64,000 nt of DNA, taken from the NCBI RefSeq assembly GCF_000143415.4, contig NW_003314295.1, positions 1,597,950 to 1,661,949 on the forward strand, given 5' to 3'. This DNA is from Selaginella moellendorffii. Lineage: Eukaryota > Plantae > Lycopodiophyta. Under the pieces are notes generated by a model that did no database searches, was not told where the DNA came from, and saw nothing but the letters and a program-made list of their open reading frames with translations. The translations under genes and the position numbers were made by a program. Numbering within the stretch: position 1 is the first letter of the stretch; each line of letters begins with the position of its first letter. Positions 1 to 10,312 of the stretch are shown here, piece by piece.

Positions 1-501
1 TTTTCTAGTCCAGCACTGCTTATAAGTTCTTCTTTGATCAAGGGGGACGCCAAGATATCGATCCCGTTTCTTACGCGGAGCCGCAGCTGATAAATTCATG
101 GGCTATGATTTTTATAACTTGGGTCTGCGTGTGGTCCGCATCTACTGCAAGCGTGCTACTTGGGTTTGCAGCTCTGGATCGATGCGGTGGTGAATCGCGA
201 AGTCTTTGATCCGTAGCACCTAGAGTCTTACAAAAGGTAGAGAAGCTCTTTTCTTCAGCAGCAGCGGAGAATCGAGCCATCCCCGGAGCCATTCGTTTCC
301 GGTGTGTGTTGCGGTCACTGCAGAAGCTTTGCTCACACAATTCCAGTCGAGGGTCGCATTCTTTTCCTCATAAGTCTCCACAGAAAGTTACACACTGGGA
401 GGAGGGCAAAGGATAAGAACGGTTACGTGCCTAAGATCATCGCTTCTCTCCCCTAAGATCACCACAGTTTTACTTCCAAGTTTCTCTAGTTTTCCAAGAT
501 C

Positions 502-2742
502 ATGGCTGGGGGTTACGCGCCAACGAAATTCGCAAACATGGAGGAATGGCTCGTCGAAGGTTTGATAGAGCAGGCAGCGGAGGGACTCACAACCTCGCCG
601 CCGCCGCCGCCGCCGCCGCCATTAGCACCAACATCATCCATGGCGGCACCAAGAACGGAACACGAGGACATGGATCCGCGCGGCAGCAAGGTTTCACTGT
701 CAGATAGCGAGATCATGTCGGCCATATCAGGACATCCGCAGTACAAGGAGCTCCTGCGAGCACACATGAATTGCTACAAGGTGAGAGCAGAAAAAAAAGA
801 TTTGTTTTCGTTTTCTTGCTGTAGTTCGAGAGGGTTTTATGCGAAAATGTAGTTCTCGCCTCTCTCTCAGGTTGGAGCTTCCGCGGATTTGGCGGCCCAG
901 ATGGACGAGCTCGTTCGGAAGCGTGAATTCGAGAGTGCCGTCAAGACGAGCATTGGAGTTGATCCAGAGCTGGATCAATTCATGGTAACTTACTCACTCG
1001 CAACTCCAAACTCTTACAGTGTTCTACCAGGTTGCTTACTGCAATGTCCTCAACGCCTATGAGATCGAGCTGCGGAGAACTTTCAAAGAGGCCATCGAGT
1101 TTTGCAAGAAGCAAGAGCACCAGCTCAGTGTCATCGCAGTTAGCAACATCGACGTGCTCTCTTCTGGTAAAGCTCGCAAACACTCTTACAACGCTGCTTG
1201 TCCGGTGGCTTGCGTTCTTGGGTACCTTTTTCGCACTAAGTTTCTTTATACTTGCTGCATGATTTAGTCCATTCCTTCTTCCCATTTTTTTTACGTTGAT
1301 CGTGCTGCCTGTGGGTGAAACTCGTTCATGATCGTCATCACTAGTAGCAGCAGCAGCAGCAGCAGCTTAGCAGGGAAAGATAAAAATAAGAATCCAGAAT
1401 CATGGGGAATGGAAAAAGGAAAGCAAGACACATGAGGCAAATTGGTCCGGGGGGTATGGAATAATTCAGCTGATGGTGATAGTGCGAGGGACTCTGATAG
1501 TGAGGTGACCTTTGCATTTAGGAGGTGCCACAGAGGTCTTGTTTTCGCAGTCGTCTTGTGTGGAGCTGGTGGTAAATAGGCAGGGAAACGCAGGTTCCTT
1601 GCAACGCAAAGGTTTTTAATCCAGATGAGCAGATCTTTACAGAGATGGGTGGTACCTTTTAAATCCTCCTCAGGCTTTGGTGCTATCCAGCTCTATTCAT
1701 CTCTATAGATTGGATTGGATTGGATTGTAACACGCTCTCGTTGGATCAAACGGGGATCGCAAATCCGATAGCGAAAGATCATCATAATCGCCAGCAGCGG
1801 CAGCAGCAGGAGCAGTGGTAGCAGCAACAGCGACAGTTTTGGAAGAAAGAGAGGAAGGGAGAAAAGAAGAGAGAAGGTTTTCGATATCTTTCTCCCTTTC
1901 TGCGGGTGATCTTCCGGCCGATAGGAAGTTTTCACGTGAAGATGGAGCTGCCTGTTCACGTCACCACCATTTTGTGAATGCTGGCTGGGCTGGGCGCTGG
2001 CATTCCGCGGGCTAGATTCGGAACATATCTAATGCGTAGGTGGTCGGATAGAGATGGGAGCATTGATCGCAGGAGTACGGAAGAGCCGGCGGTTGTACGG
2101 CTGTTTTCAGCTGAACGAATCCTCCTCCTCCTCACTGTTTTGAGTGGTACTAACGCTTGTTCTTGGGTATTTTGCTTTGGTTTTGGCAGCGGAGAACGAG
2201 GATGCGAGTGAAACATACGAGGATTTCATGGAGGAGGCCGAGAGCGGCGGGATTGGAGAGGTGGACACCGATTTGGATCCACTGGCGGGCGACAAGGAGC
2301 TCAAGAAGGTCCTGATGAAGAGGTATGGAGGTTACATCAAGGGCCTGACGCAGGAATATCTCAAGAAGAAGAAAAAGGGGAAGCTCCCCAAGGAATCGAG
2401 GCAGCAGCTGCTGGACTGGTGGTCACAGCACCAGGATCATCCGTATCCCAATGTGAGTACCTTTGTGTTCTTTCTTGTTGGCATTCCGTGTCTCTTTCTC
2501 GTTATGGCTAGTGGGCGTGCCATGGCTTTGTTCCTTCTTTGTGTCCTTTTCATTGCTTTTTTCTTTGACATTTGCTTCGCTGTGCTGGACAGGAGAACCA
2601 AAAGTCGAATCTCGCGCAATCCACCGGCCTGGACCCAAAGCAGATCAACAACTGGTTTATAAACCAGCGAAAGCGGCACTGGAATCCACAGGCAGTGCGT
2701 GGGGAATCGTCACAGCAGCGAGACGCCAAATCCAGCAGCTAA
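502..2742 (+). CDS. KNOX: Class I KNOX (KNOTTED1-like TALE homeobox) transcription factor, 5 exons (502-780, 871-984, 1031-1166, 2190-2452, 2593-2742)
   Basis: KNOX1 ([21 protein letters not shown]), KNOX2 ([15 protein letters not shown]), ELK ([21 protein letters not shown]) and TALE homeodomain (KKKKKGKLP...HPYP...[15 protein letters not shown]); GT-AG introns in phase. Confidence 0.95.
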
Positions 2743-2917
2743 TAATGTAAAAACTCTCATGACCAAGAAAGAAAACCAAAACAAAGAACGAGCGAGAACT
2801 TAGTGTGTAGAATCGAATCTAAAAGACACGATATTTCTCCACGCAAAGATCTCCGGAGTAAAGCTATGATCGCTTCAAAGTTTATATCAAAGATACGATA
2901 GCATTAGGTGGGGCTTT

Positions 2918-3666
2918 ATGGCGAGCCTCACTTCGACTGGCCTTCCCGGCAGCATTCCTCCGCGAGGTAAGCCACAGATTTCTCTCCAAAGCTCGCTACA
3001 CAACATTAAAGCGAGTAAGTCCTCCTCATTCATTGCCAATGGATTGGTTTTCTCTTCTCTTCTGCCTAGCTCCGATCTCCTTCGGCGTTGTGTTCTTCAC
3101 GTCCGAGGAGTGTGCCAATTCGTGTAAGTGCCAGGAAAAAGAAACTCGCTATTCTCTCTTTCCTTTTCTCAAGGCTGAGATCCACTTGTGTCTAGGCCAG
3201 GAAGCGGAAGGCGCTGTGTACAAAATAGCCAAGAGAAATTCAGAGGTGACATTTTTGAGGCTCAAGGTGGAAGAGGTATCAAAACAATGGAAGACAAGAT
3301 TTCATGCACATTAACCTCGATCTCTTTGTTTGACAGGAGGGAATCCAGGAGATTGTGCGGCAAAGAGACACATCACGCCTGGAAATGTTTCCTCTCTTCT
3401 CTCATTTTTGAGCTTCTGTGTAGCCAACCTTTTACTTCTACAAGGGAGGAGATGTGGTGGGAAAGCTGATCGGATCGTCTCCGTCCAAGCTGGAGGACTT
3501 GGTGGTGAGCTTCATCCATCACAAGACACGTGGACAAGTTTTAGGCAGATGCTGTTTCATAGTTAATAAGAGTTGTTTACACTTGTACTCAACTAAGAAG
3601 CACCAAATGGAGGAAATATATTCTACATTGAGTATATCAAAAAAACATTGTTTGTTATATATATGA
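2918..3666 (+). CDS. Thioredoxin-fold protein with atypical CANSC site (multi-exon; 3' end uncertain)
   Basis: Spliced reading VVFFTSEECANSCQEAEGAVYKIAKRNSEVTFLRLKVEE...PTFYFYKGGDVVGKLIGSSPSKLEDLV matches the thioredoxin fold; one intron donor appears to be GA. Confidence 0.6.
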
Positions 3667-3694
3667 CGCGAAACTTAATACAATCATGGTTGAG

Positions 3695-4143
3695 ATGAGG
3701 AGTATGTATATTTTATTAATTGCTTGCCTGTTATGGCTAGTAGCCGATGCCACCACAAATTCTACTGCTGGTAAGGTCGTGTTTACTACACTCTCTCATG
3801 TTTTGTGGTAAATTTGTAGCTCTTCACGGGACGTGTGGTCCAACTTTGCACCCCTGTTTACCTTTCAGAAGCACATGTTGCTCATTTTGTACTTGTTTTT
3901 TTGTGCTTGGTGAATTGGTTATTGTGATTTATATTTTAATTTCTTTTTATATAAGGAAAATATTTCTCATCAGAGCCCCTGACCCAGCTCTCCCGTTTTC
4001 TCTGCTTTCGTTTTTTATTTCTAAAACTTTGTCTGTGTACAATCGCAGGGCTTCGAAAAGCTATCTGATCACAGGGACTGCTCACTGTGCAGTTTAACAT
4101 GCAAGCCTGATCTCTGGACTCTCCAGACATTGCTCGGCATTTA
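3695..4143 (+). CDS. Putative small secreted Cys-containing protein (signal-peptide exon plus downstream exons; 3' structure uncertain)
   Basis: MRSMYILLIACLLWLVADA signal-like exon ending G|GTAAG at 3770; next exon ALHGTCGPTLHPCLP; paralogous exon pair at 30856. Confidence 0.4.
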
Positions 4144-4288
4144 GGTGCATTTTCACATACCAGCAGGTGCTGCGGGGTCCATTGCAGCCGGATTTCAACA
4201 AGTTGTTCAACCTGAACTGTCCTATGCTGACCGCATCTCGTAACGAGGGTGGTTTGTCAGGTCGTTTTGATTTATAAAATTTTCTCCT

Positions 4289-5357
4289 TCAATTCCCGGA
4301 CAAGAATTTCACAACTAAACCATTGAAAGCTTTAGGATTGTCAACTTGAGGAGCATGCGCTGCTCCAGGGATGATCTCCAGTTTGGAATCACTCAGATGC
4401 CTGCTGGCAAATCCCACATATCAAAACCAGCACAATCTGAAAGCTCATCTTACCTCTGCAAACGGTGAGCAAGGTCCACAGTAAAGATTTGATCATTCTC
4501 CCCCCACAGAATGAGCACGTCCTGATAACAAAAATTGGGTGAATGTTTTTCTTCTCTTTCGCTTCCAACCTGAACGAGTTGAGGAACCACTGGTGGGTTT
4601 TCGACCGATCCAATCGCCATGCCATCCAGCAGCTCAAGCCGGTGCTCCCGATTGTAGCAGAGAACCTGTCCACACAAAATCTCATGAGAACTTCCCCGAC
4701 CGAGCCAGTGTTTGTTACCTCTTCTATGATATCTTCGACCAGGCAGTCTGGAACAAGAGCCAGCTTCTTCTGAGTTGCAAACTCCATAGTCTTGCGAGCA
4801 ACTTGAACGCTTCTCGGCATCAAGACATCCGCCGGATGAGCGACGCCACCTCCAAATCTCTCCAACATTCGCTGCGAGTCAGAGTGATCCATCGCAACCC
4901 CGGAGCTCGCCAGCACCACTCTAGCGATCCTCTCTGGGTACAGATGCGCCATCCAGAACGCCACCATTCCTCCGTAGCTCGTCCCGAGAGCGTGAACCCT
5001 GTCCAGAACTTGGAGCTCGTCCAGCATCAGCTTCATACACTGGGCTTGGAAAATCTCGCTTCTTTCGCCCGACTCGGTCGTAGATTCCCCAAAGAAGAGT
5101 AAGTTCGGGACGTAGACGTTGAACTTCTCCGTGAAAGCCAGCAGCTGGTTTTCCCACTCGAGGAGTGCGTTGAAAACAAAGCCATGGAGCAAGAGTAGTG
5201 CAGGCCTCCCCTCTTTTGCTGCTGAAGGAACCCAGCAATCCAAGGTAGTGTTGCTAGCTTCTATCTTCACTTGCTTTTGCTGCAGCCCACACCTCCTCAT
5301 GAGTTTTCTTCCCTGCTGGAGCCTGAATTTGATGAGATTGATTCCCAAACAACCCAT
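4289..5357 (-). CDS. Alpha/beta hydrolase family protein
   Basis: LLLLHGF, GTSYGG nucleophile elbow, ILWGENDQIF and GAAHAPQVD catalytic His region across spliced exons. Confidence 0.88.
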
Positions 5358-5553
5358 CTCTTGCTCGAGTCTTCGAACAGTCCCAAATCTCAAATATATA
5401 CCCTTTCCTGCCGGCCTCAGAGTCTTCGCATGTCTCTGTCTAAGTGAACAATGCAAAGAAAAAGTAATTCCAACACAACTATCTATAGTACTTACAAACC
5501 GCGTGAAAATATAGCTGCTGTATTATTTCACACCTTAGTCACAGTTGTGAATT

Positions 5554-7424
5554 TTAATCACTATCGTCGTTCATAAATCTTCGACCAGCCTGTATCACCA
5601 AGAGATGGATTAGTTTGTGCTAGAAAGACAATCAATTTACCTCCGCCATTGACCTCTTCCGGTTCATTTGCTGCGTTCGCATCTTATCTGCCACGGACAT
5701 GTGTTGCTTCTGGTAAAGAACATCACCATCATAGAAGAAAAACAAGATAAACGAACTTACTTTCTGTTTAGCGCCTTGCGTACGCTCTTTTGCACCCCGA
5801 GGAACAAAATCAAAGATCTCGTGCAGAAGGCCGTTCTCCTGTTGAGAAGCATTTCAGAAAAAAAAGGACAAACAAAGAAGCGTGGTTTTACGTACCTGCA
5901 TATGCTTTTGGAAACCCTCCGCAAGGAATCGTCGAAAAGCATTTAGCTATAAAGAAACAATAAACCACCAAAAAAAAAAGAACTGAAATACCATTACCTG
6001 AACAGTTTGGGTCCACGTATTGACCTTGAGAGCATCACCATGTTTGAACTTTATAGATGTCTCGGGGCACACGCCTTCTTCAATCGTTGCCAGCATTTCC
6101 CTGAAGGTGCTCCTTTGTTCGGACCTTTCTTTCTTTGTCTGACCCTGCTGCCTGCTAGAATCGATCGCAAGCGCTTTCATTTGCTCCACAACTTGCATTT
6201 CAGTCATTCCCATGCTGTCGAGATCATTCCCGATCTCGCAGAGAAGAGCAACAGCCTCTCCGGTAGCCTTGCGGACTCCCAAATCTTGAACGTCCAATAA
6301 CGAAGAAAGAACCGAGCCGTTCCTGTAAAATAATCGACTCGTAAAAACCAAATAGAAATAAACACGAACGAGGATAGCTGAAGCGCGATCTTGTCCGAAC
6401 TCAACGTTGTAAGAAGCAACGTCCAAGCGGAAATAGCCGCCGCCTTTACTTGCGGCGTTGGTTTATTTGTGCCAAGTGTCTGTAGAAGCCAAAGTTAGTC
6501 CACCAGTACGTGTGCTTTTAACGTGTGCTACCTGATCTGCGTGAACGGTTCCTTTGTGAGAAAGGATCTGCCAGAAAGTTTCCATTGCGGTTTCCGTCGA
6601 CGCGACGTCCACGCCTCCAATAAATGCCAAAATCGCAAGCGCTTCAATGGTCTGGACAAGATCAAGTTGCTCAGGACACAATCATCAATGCAAAGGACAT
6701 CAGTACCGAAACTCTTGCTGCTGGCGTGGAGCCGAGTTTCGAAAGCCTTGCGAGGTGGGGAAGTGACTCCTTAAGGACGTGCTCCGACACCTCCCCGGCC
6801 CCAGCGGTTATGGAAAGCATCCCTACGAAGACGATGAAACAAATCAGACACTCATGTGTCACAATAAAATAGAAGTACCTAGAGCACGACTCGCAAGAAC
6901 AATCTCAGCAGATGATCCACGCCTCACGGAGGACAGGAACTGATGTGCGAGCGTCGCGTACCTAGAATTGTTTTTGTACGACGTTAGAGAAGGAAGTATC
7001 ACAAGAAAAAGACCCGCGCACGTACTTATTTTCAACATAGTCCGTCATGACTCTTGTACTAAATGAGTTGAGCAGCCCCTTCAAGCCTGCCTCTCGGGTG
7101 CTTGATCTAAAAGTGCATACTTAGTCCAAGTGAGAAGAGGAGCAAAAAAGAAAAACAATGAGTACCTCTTCTCGTATAAAGAATCGACATAATCATCTAA
7201 AACACTCTCCTCGTCCACCTCCTTCTCCGCCTCCTGAGCCATCGTCGGCTCCGAAGACCCCGATGCTCCCATCGACGAGGTGCTACTAAACGTATCGTCA
7301 TCCGAGTCGTCCACGAACTTTACACCACCCTTGCGATTCCTGCCTGCAAAATCGAGAGAAAAAAGAAAACCAGCGTAAGAGAAAACACGCACCCAACACG
7401 AAAAAACCACTCACTCTTCCCCAT
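5554..7424 (-). CDS. Interferon-related developmental regulator (IFRD) family protein, multi-exon
   Basis: DDYVDSLYEKR, VRKATGEAVALLCE, KKERSEQRSTFREMLATIEEG, LKVNTWTQTVQ segments typical of IFRD proteins. Confidence 0.85.
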
Positions 7425-7779
7425 CTCGTCGTCTTGATCGCCAGAAATGCCTAAGAACCTATAACGTAGAAGAAAGACAGAAAAAATCCTCTCTAAGCGC
7501 ACAAACGAGCATGAAAAACGCGACTCAATCTGTGCTGTCTACGCCGTTGTCTCCTGTCCCCAGAGGAATTGGTGGGCGGCGCCGAGGCCGGGGGGGAGTG
7601 GAAGGCGGCGGTGCCAGTAGCACCACAGATGGAGGTGGGCACACACCTTTGGGACCTCCTCACAGCTCGCGATGTCTTCCTCAGCCCTCGATTTCCACAC
7701 ACTACCTCTATCTCCTCCATCGCCCTCTTCCTCTCGCTCTCTCTGCTCGCGCCCTAAAATGAAAACACTTTTTGGATTG

Positions 7780-8235
7780 CCCTAAAGGTATTGATATAGT
7801 GATGACACGTGGACGGCCGGAGATCCGGTCGAGATTCGCATATGTGGATCCTGAAAGTTCTTTTCTTATATCCTGCAAACAAAAGAGATGAAAGAACTTT
7901 TAAGACCATGAGTAGCCTGGTCGAAGATTGCTGTGGGAATTGCGATGGCAGCCACGGCATTTGAGATCCTATCTTCTCTTGTCTTGCTTCCCTTGCGAGA
8001 GCAGATTTGGCAATCAAGAAAGAAGGAAGAAACTTGAGCGTAAAACCAGCGTGAAAGCTTTTACTTGCCTGATCTCGCGTGTATCCAGCTTTGAGAGGTA
8101 CTCGATGACTGCTTGCTTGAAACACAACGTCTCGTCGAGGTAGTGCTGTTGTCTATGTTCATCCACGATGCTGATTCATTCGAAAACTAGTCAGTCGGAG
8201 AAACGAGGCCGCACAGGCCCAATCTTGAGCAACTA
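7780..8235 (-). pseudogene. Degenerate tandem duplicate of the last exons of the formamidase gene
   Basis: Near copy of ~8300-8725 including intron sequence, with deletions and frameshifts. Confidence 0.8.
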
Positions 8236-8297
8236 GACTGCAAGTTATAGAGTTACCATAACCAAGGAGCGTATATTAGATTCGCACTCTCTCAGAA

Positions 8298-9855
8298 TTA
8301 TCTTTTCTTCTTTGGTTTTATATCCTGAAAACAAAAGAGATGAAAGATTAGAAGCCATAGGAATGGAACTCATAAGATCATGACTAGCCTGATCGAAGAT
8401 TGCTGTGGGAATTGCGATGGTAGCCACAGCATTTGGAAAGTCGACGATGCTCGAGATCCTGCTCTCGCAAGGGCAGGATGACAGAAGAAGGTAGATCTGG
8501 CAGTCGAGAAAGAAGGAAGAAAGTTGAGCTTAAAACCAGTGTGGAAGCTTTTACTTGCCTGCTCTCTTGTGTATCCAAACTTCGAGAGGTACTCGATGGC
8601 ATTGAGGACTGCTCGCTTGAAAGACAAGGTCGTGTCGAGGTAGTGCTGCCGTCCGTGTTCATCCACGCTGATTCCTTCGAAAACCAGCCAGTCGGAGAAA
8701 CGAGGCTCAACAGGCCCGATCTCGAAGAATGGTTGCGCGTGTAGATTCGTCGGGCTCATGTAGTCTTTCATTCCACCACGCAAAATCTCGCATCTTTTGT
8801 AAACAAGCAAAGAACTTCAAGCTCATCTCTGAGATCAAGCGCGGAATGGTACCTTAACGTGAGAAATCCGTTCATCTCGATGCCTCCACAGAAAGCAATC
8901 TCGCCGTCACCCTGGGAGAAGTGCATGTCTCCCATGCTGAGATTAGCACCCTCCACGAACACGGGGAAGTAGACTTTGCATCCCCTGGAGAGGTTTTTAA
9001 TGTCGAGGTTTCCACCGTTTTCTCGGCCGGGGACTGTTCTTGCGGCTTCGGAGGCAATTCTTTCCCAATCCGGGCTGCCTTCTTCGATCTGTGACGAAGT
9101 TTTCATCGACAGAAGATCAAAGAAATAGAGGAGAAAAGTGTGGTACCGTGCCAAGTAGAACATTTCGTTTTGTTGGAAGTGCTGCTACTAGTGGTGAAGA
9201 AGAAGTATCGACCAGAGCTTTCTCTCGAGCGTTCCAAGCCTCCAAAAGTTCTTTAGATGGAGCTGTGCCAATTAGTCCAGGATGTACCATTCCTGGGAAA
9301 CGAACGCCTGCAAAAGAAAAAGAAGAATGAGAGAATAGAAGAATTCATCGTTCTTGCCTGGGATGTGTCTCGACGATGCAAAGATCCCTTCGAAATCCCA
9401 GATCGCCTTGGTCGCATTTGGAAAGCGATCGCTTAGAAATCCAAACCCAGGTAAGATCGCAGTGAAGCCCCATTCCTGCCCAGAAATCGGCCCTAGATCG
9501 CATATCTCCACCATCAAGATGTCGCCGGGCATCGCTAGAGCGCCCGATTCATCCACAACACGCACAGGACCGCTCAGACAGTGCCCCTAGCATCCATCCA
9601 ATCCAAGAAAGAATGCGAAATATGAGCTAGTCTTACCCCTGATAGATCCAGAGCCTCTATATCCGCCACAGAATCGTCGTTGCGGATCGCTCCACCCGCG
9701 CAATCCATCATCTCCACAGTGAAGATCTCATTCTCCTGGACCTCGGCAATGTGAGGGATGTCCGGATGCCAGCGATTGTGGAGCGGGGGCTGCTGCTCGT
9801 GCGCCTTCCTGGAGAAATCGACATCGCAAACACGGCGTGGAGTTCTCGGCGCCAT
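8298..9855 (-). CDS. Formamidase (acetamidase/formamidase family)
   Basis: LHNRWHPDIP, RENGGNLDIKNLSRG, GDMHFSQGDGEIAFCGGIEM, AIEYLSKFGY, PNAVATIAIPTAIFDQDI motifs; last two introns are GC-AG. Confidence 0.92.
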
Positions 9856-9954
9856 AGCGATAGCTTTCAATTCAAAACAAGAGAAAAAAGATACAGGATA
9901 TTCTATAGAACCCTAGAGAAATATTCTCTTCTCGGGGGAATTAGGGTTCTTCGC

Positions 9955-10251
9955 TCAGAAGCAGCAATCGCAATCGAATGGGCAGAGCGCGGTGCCACCG
10001 GCGTCCTTCTTGTTGCACCCCAGCTCCTCTTCGGTGTACACACTGAATCCCTCCTGCGTTTTCTTCCTCTTTTCTTCCTGATTCTTCGCGGCATTCTTCT
10101 TCTTCTTCTTCTTTACCCTTTTCCTGGCCTTGGGCTGCTGTTCTTGCTCAACTGCTGGCTTCTTCCTCTTCTTGGCGCTCGATCTCTCTGCGAAAATGGC
10201 GTCGATCTCGTTCTCCGCCTTCGCGGTGGAAGCCGCTCTCTTCTCCTCCAT
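9955..10251 (-). CDS. DUF1764 family small Lys-rich protein
   Basis: Single exon; EIDAIFA...VYTEEELG...GGTALCPFDCDCCF C-terminal signature. Confidence 0.85.
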   Translation of the reverse strand: MEEKRAASTAKAENEIDAIFAERSSAKKRKKPAVEQEQQPKARKRVKKKKKKNAAKNQEEKRKKTQEGFSVYTEEELGCNKKDAGGTALCPFDCDCCF

Positions 10252-10312
10252 AGGAGCCCTAATCTAAACCCCTAACCCCACGAAAATATCTATCCTTTCT
10301 AGGGCTCCGCCA

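Noticed and set aside
1167-2189. Known miRNA (e.g. miR166) inside the KNOX intron
   Set aside because: No recognisable mature miRNA sequence and no long hairpin seen.
7511-7762. Two overlapping short GC-rich ORFs divergent from IFRD
   Set aside because: No recognisable motif or supported exon structure; could be a real small gene but unsupported.
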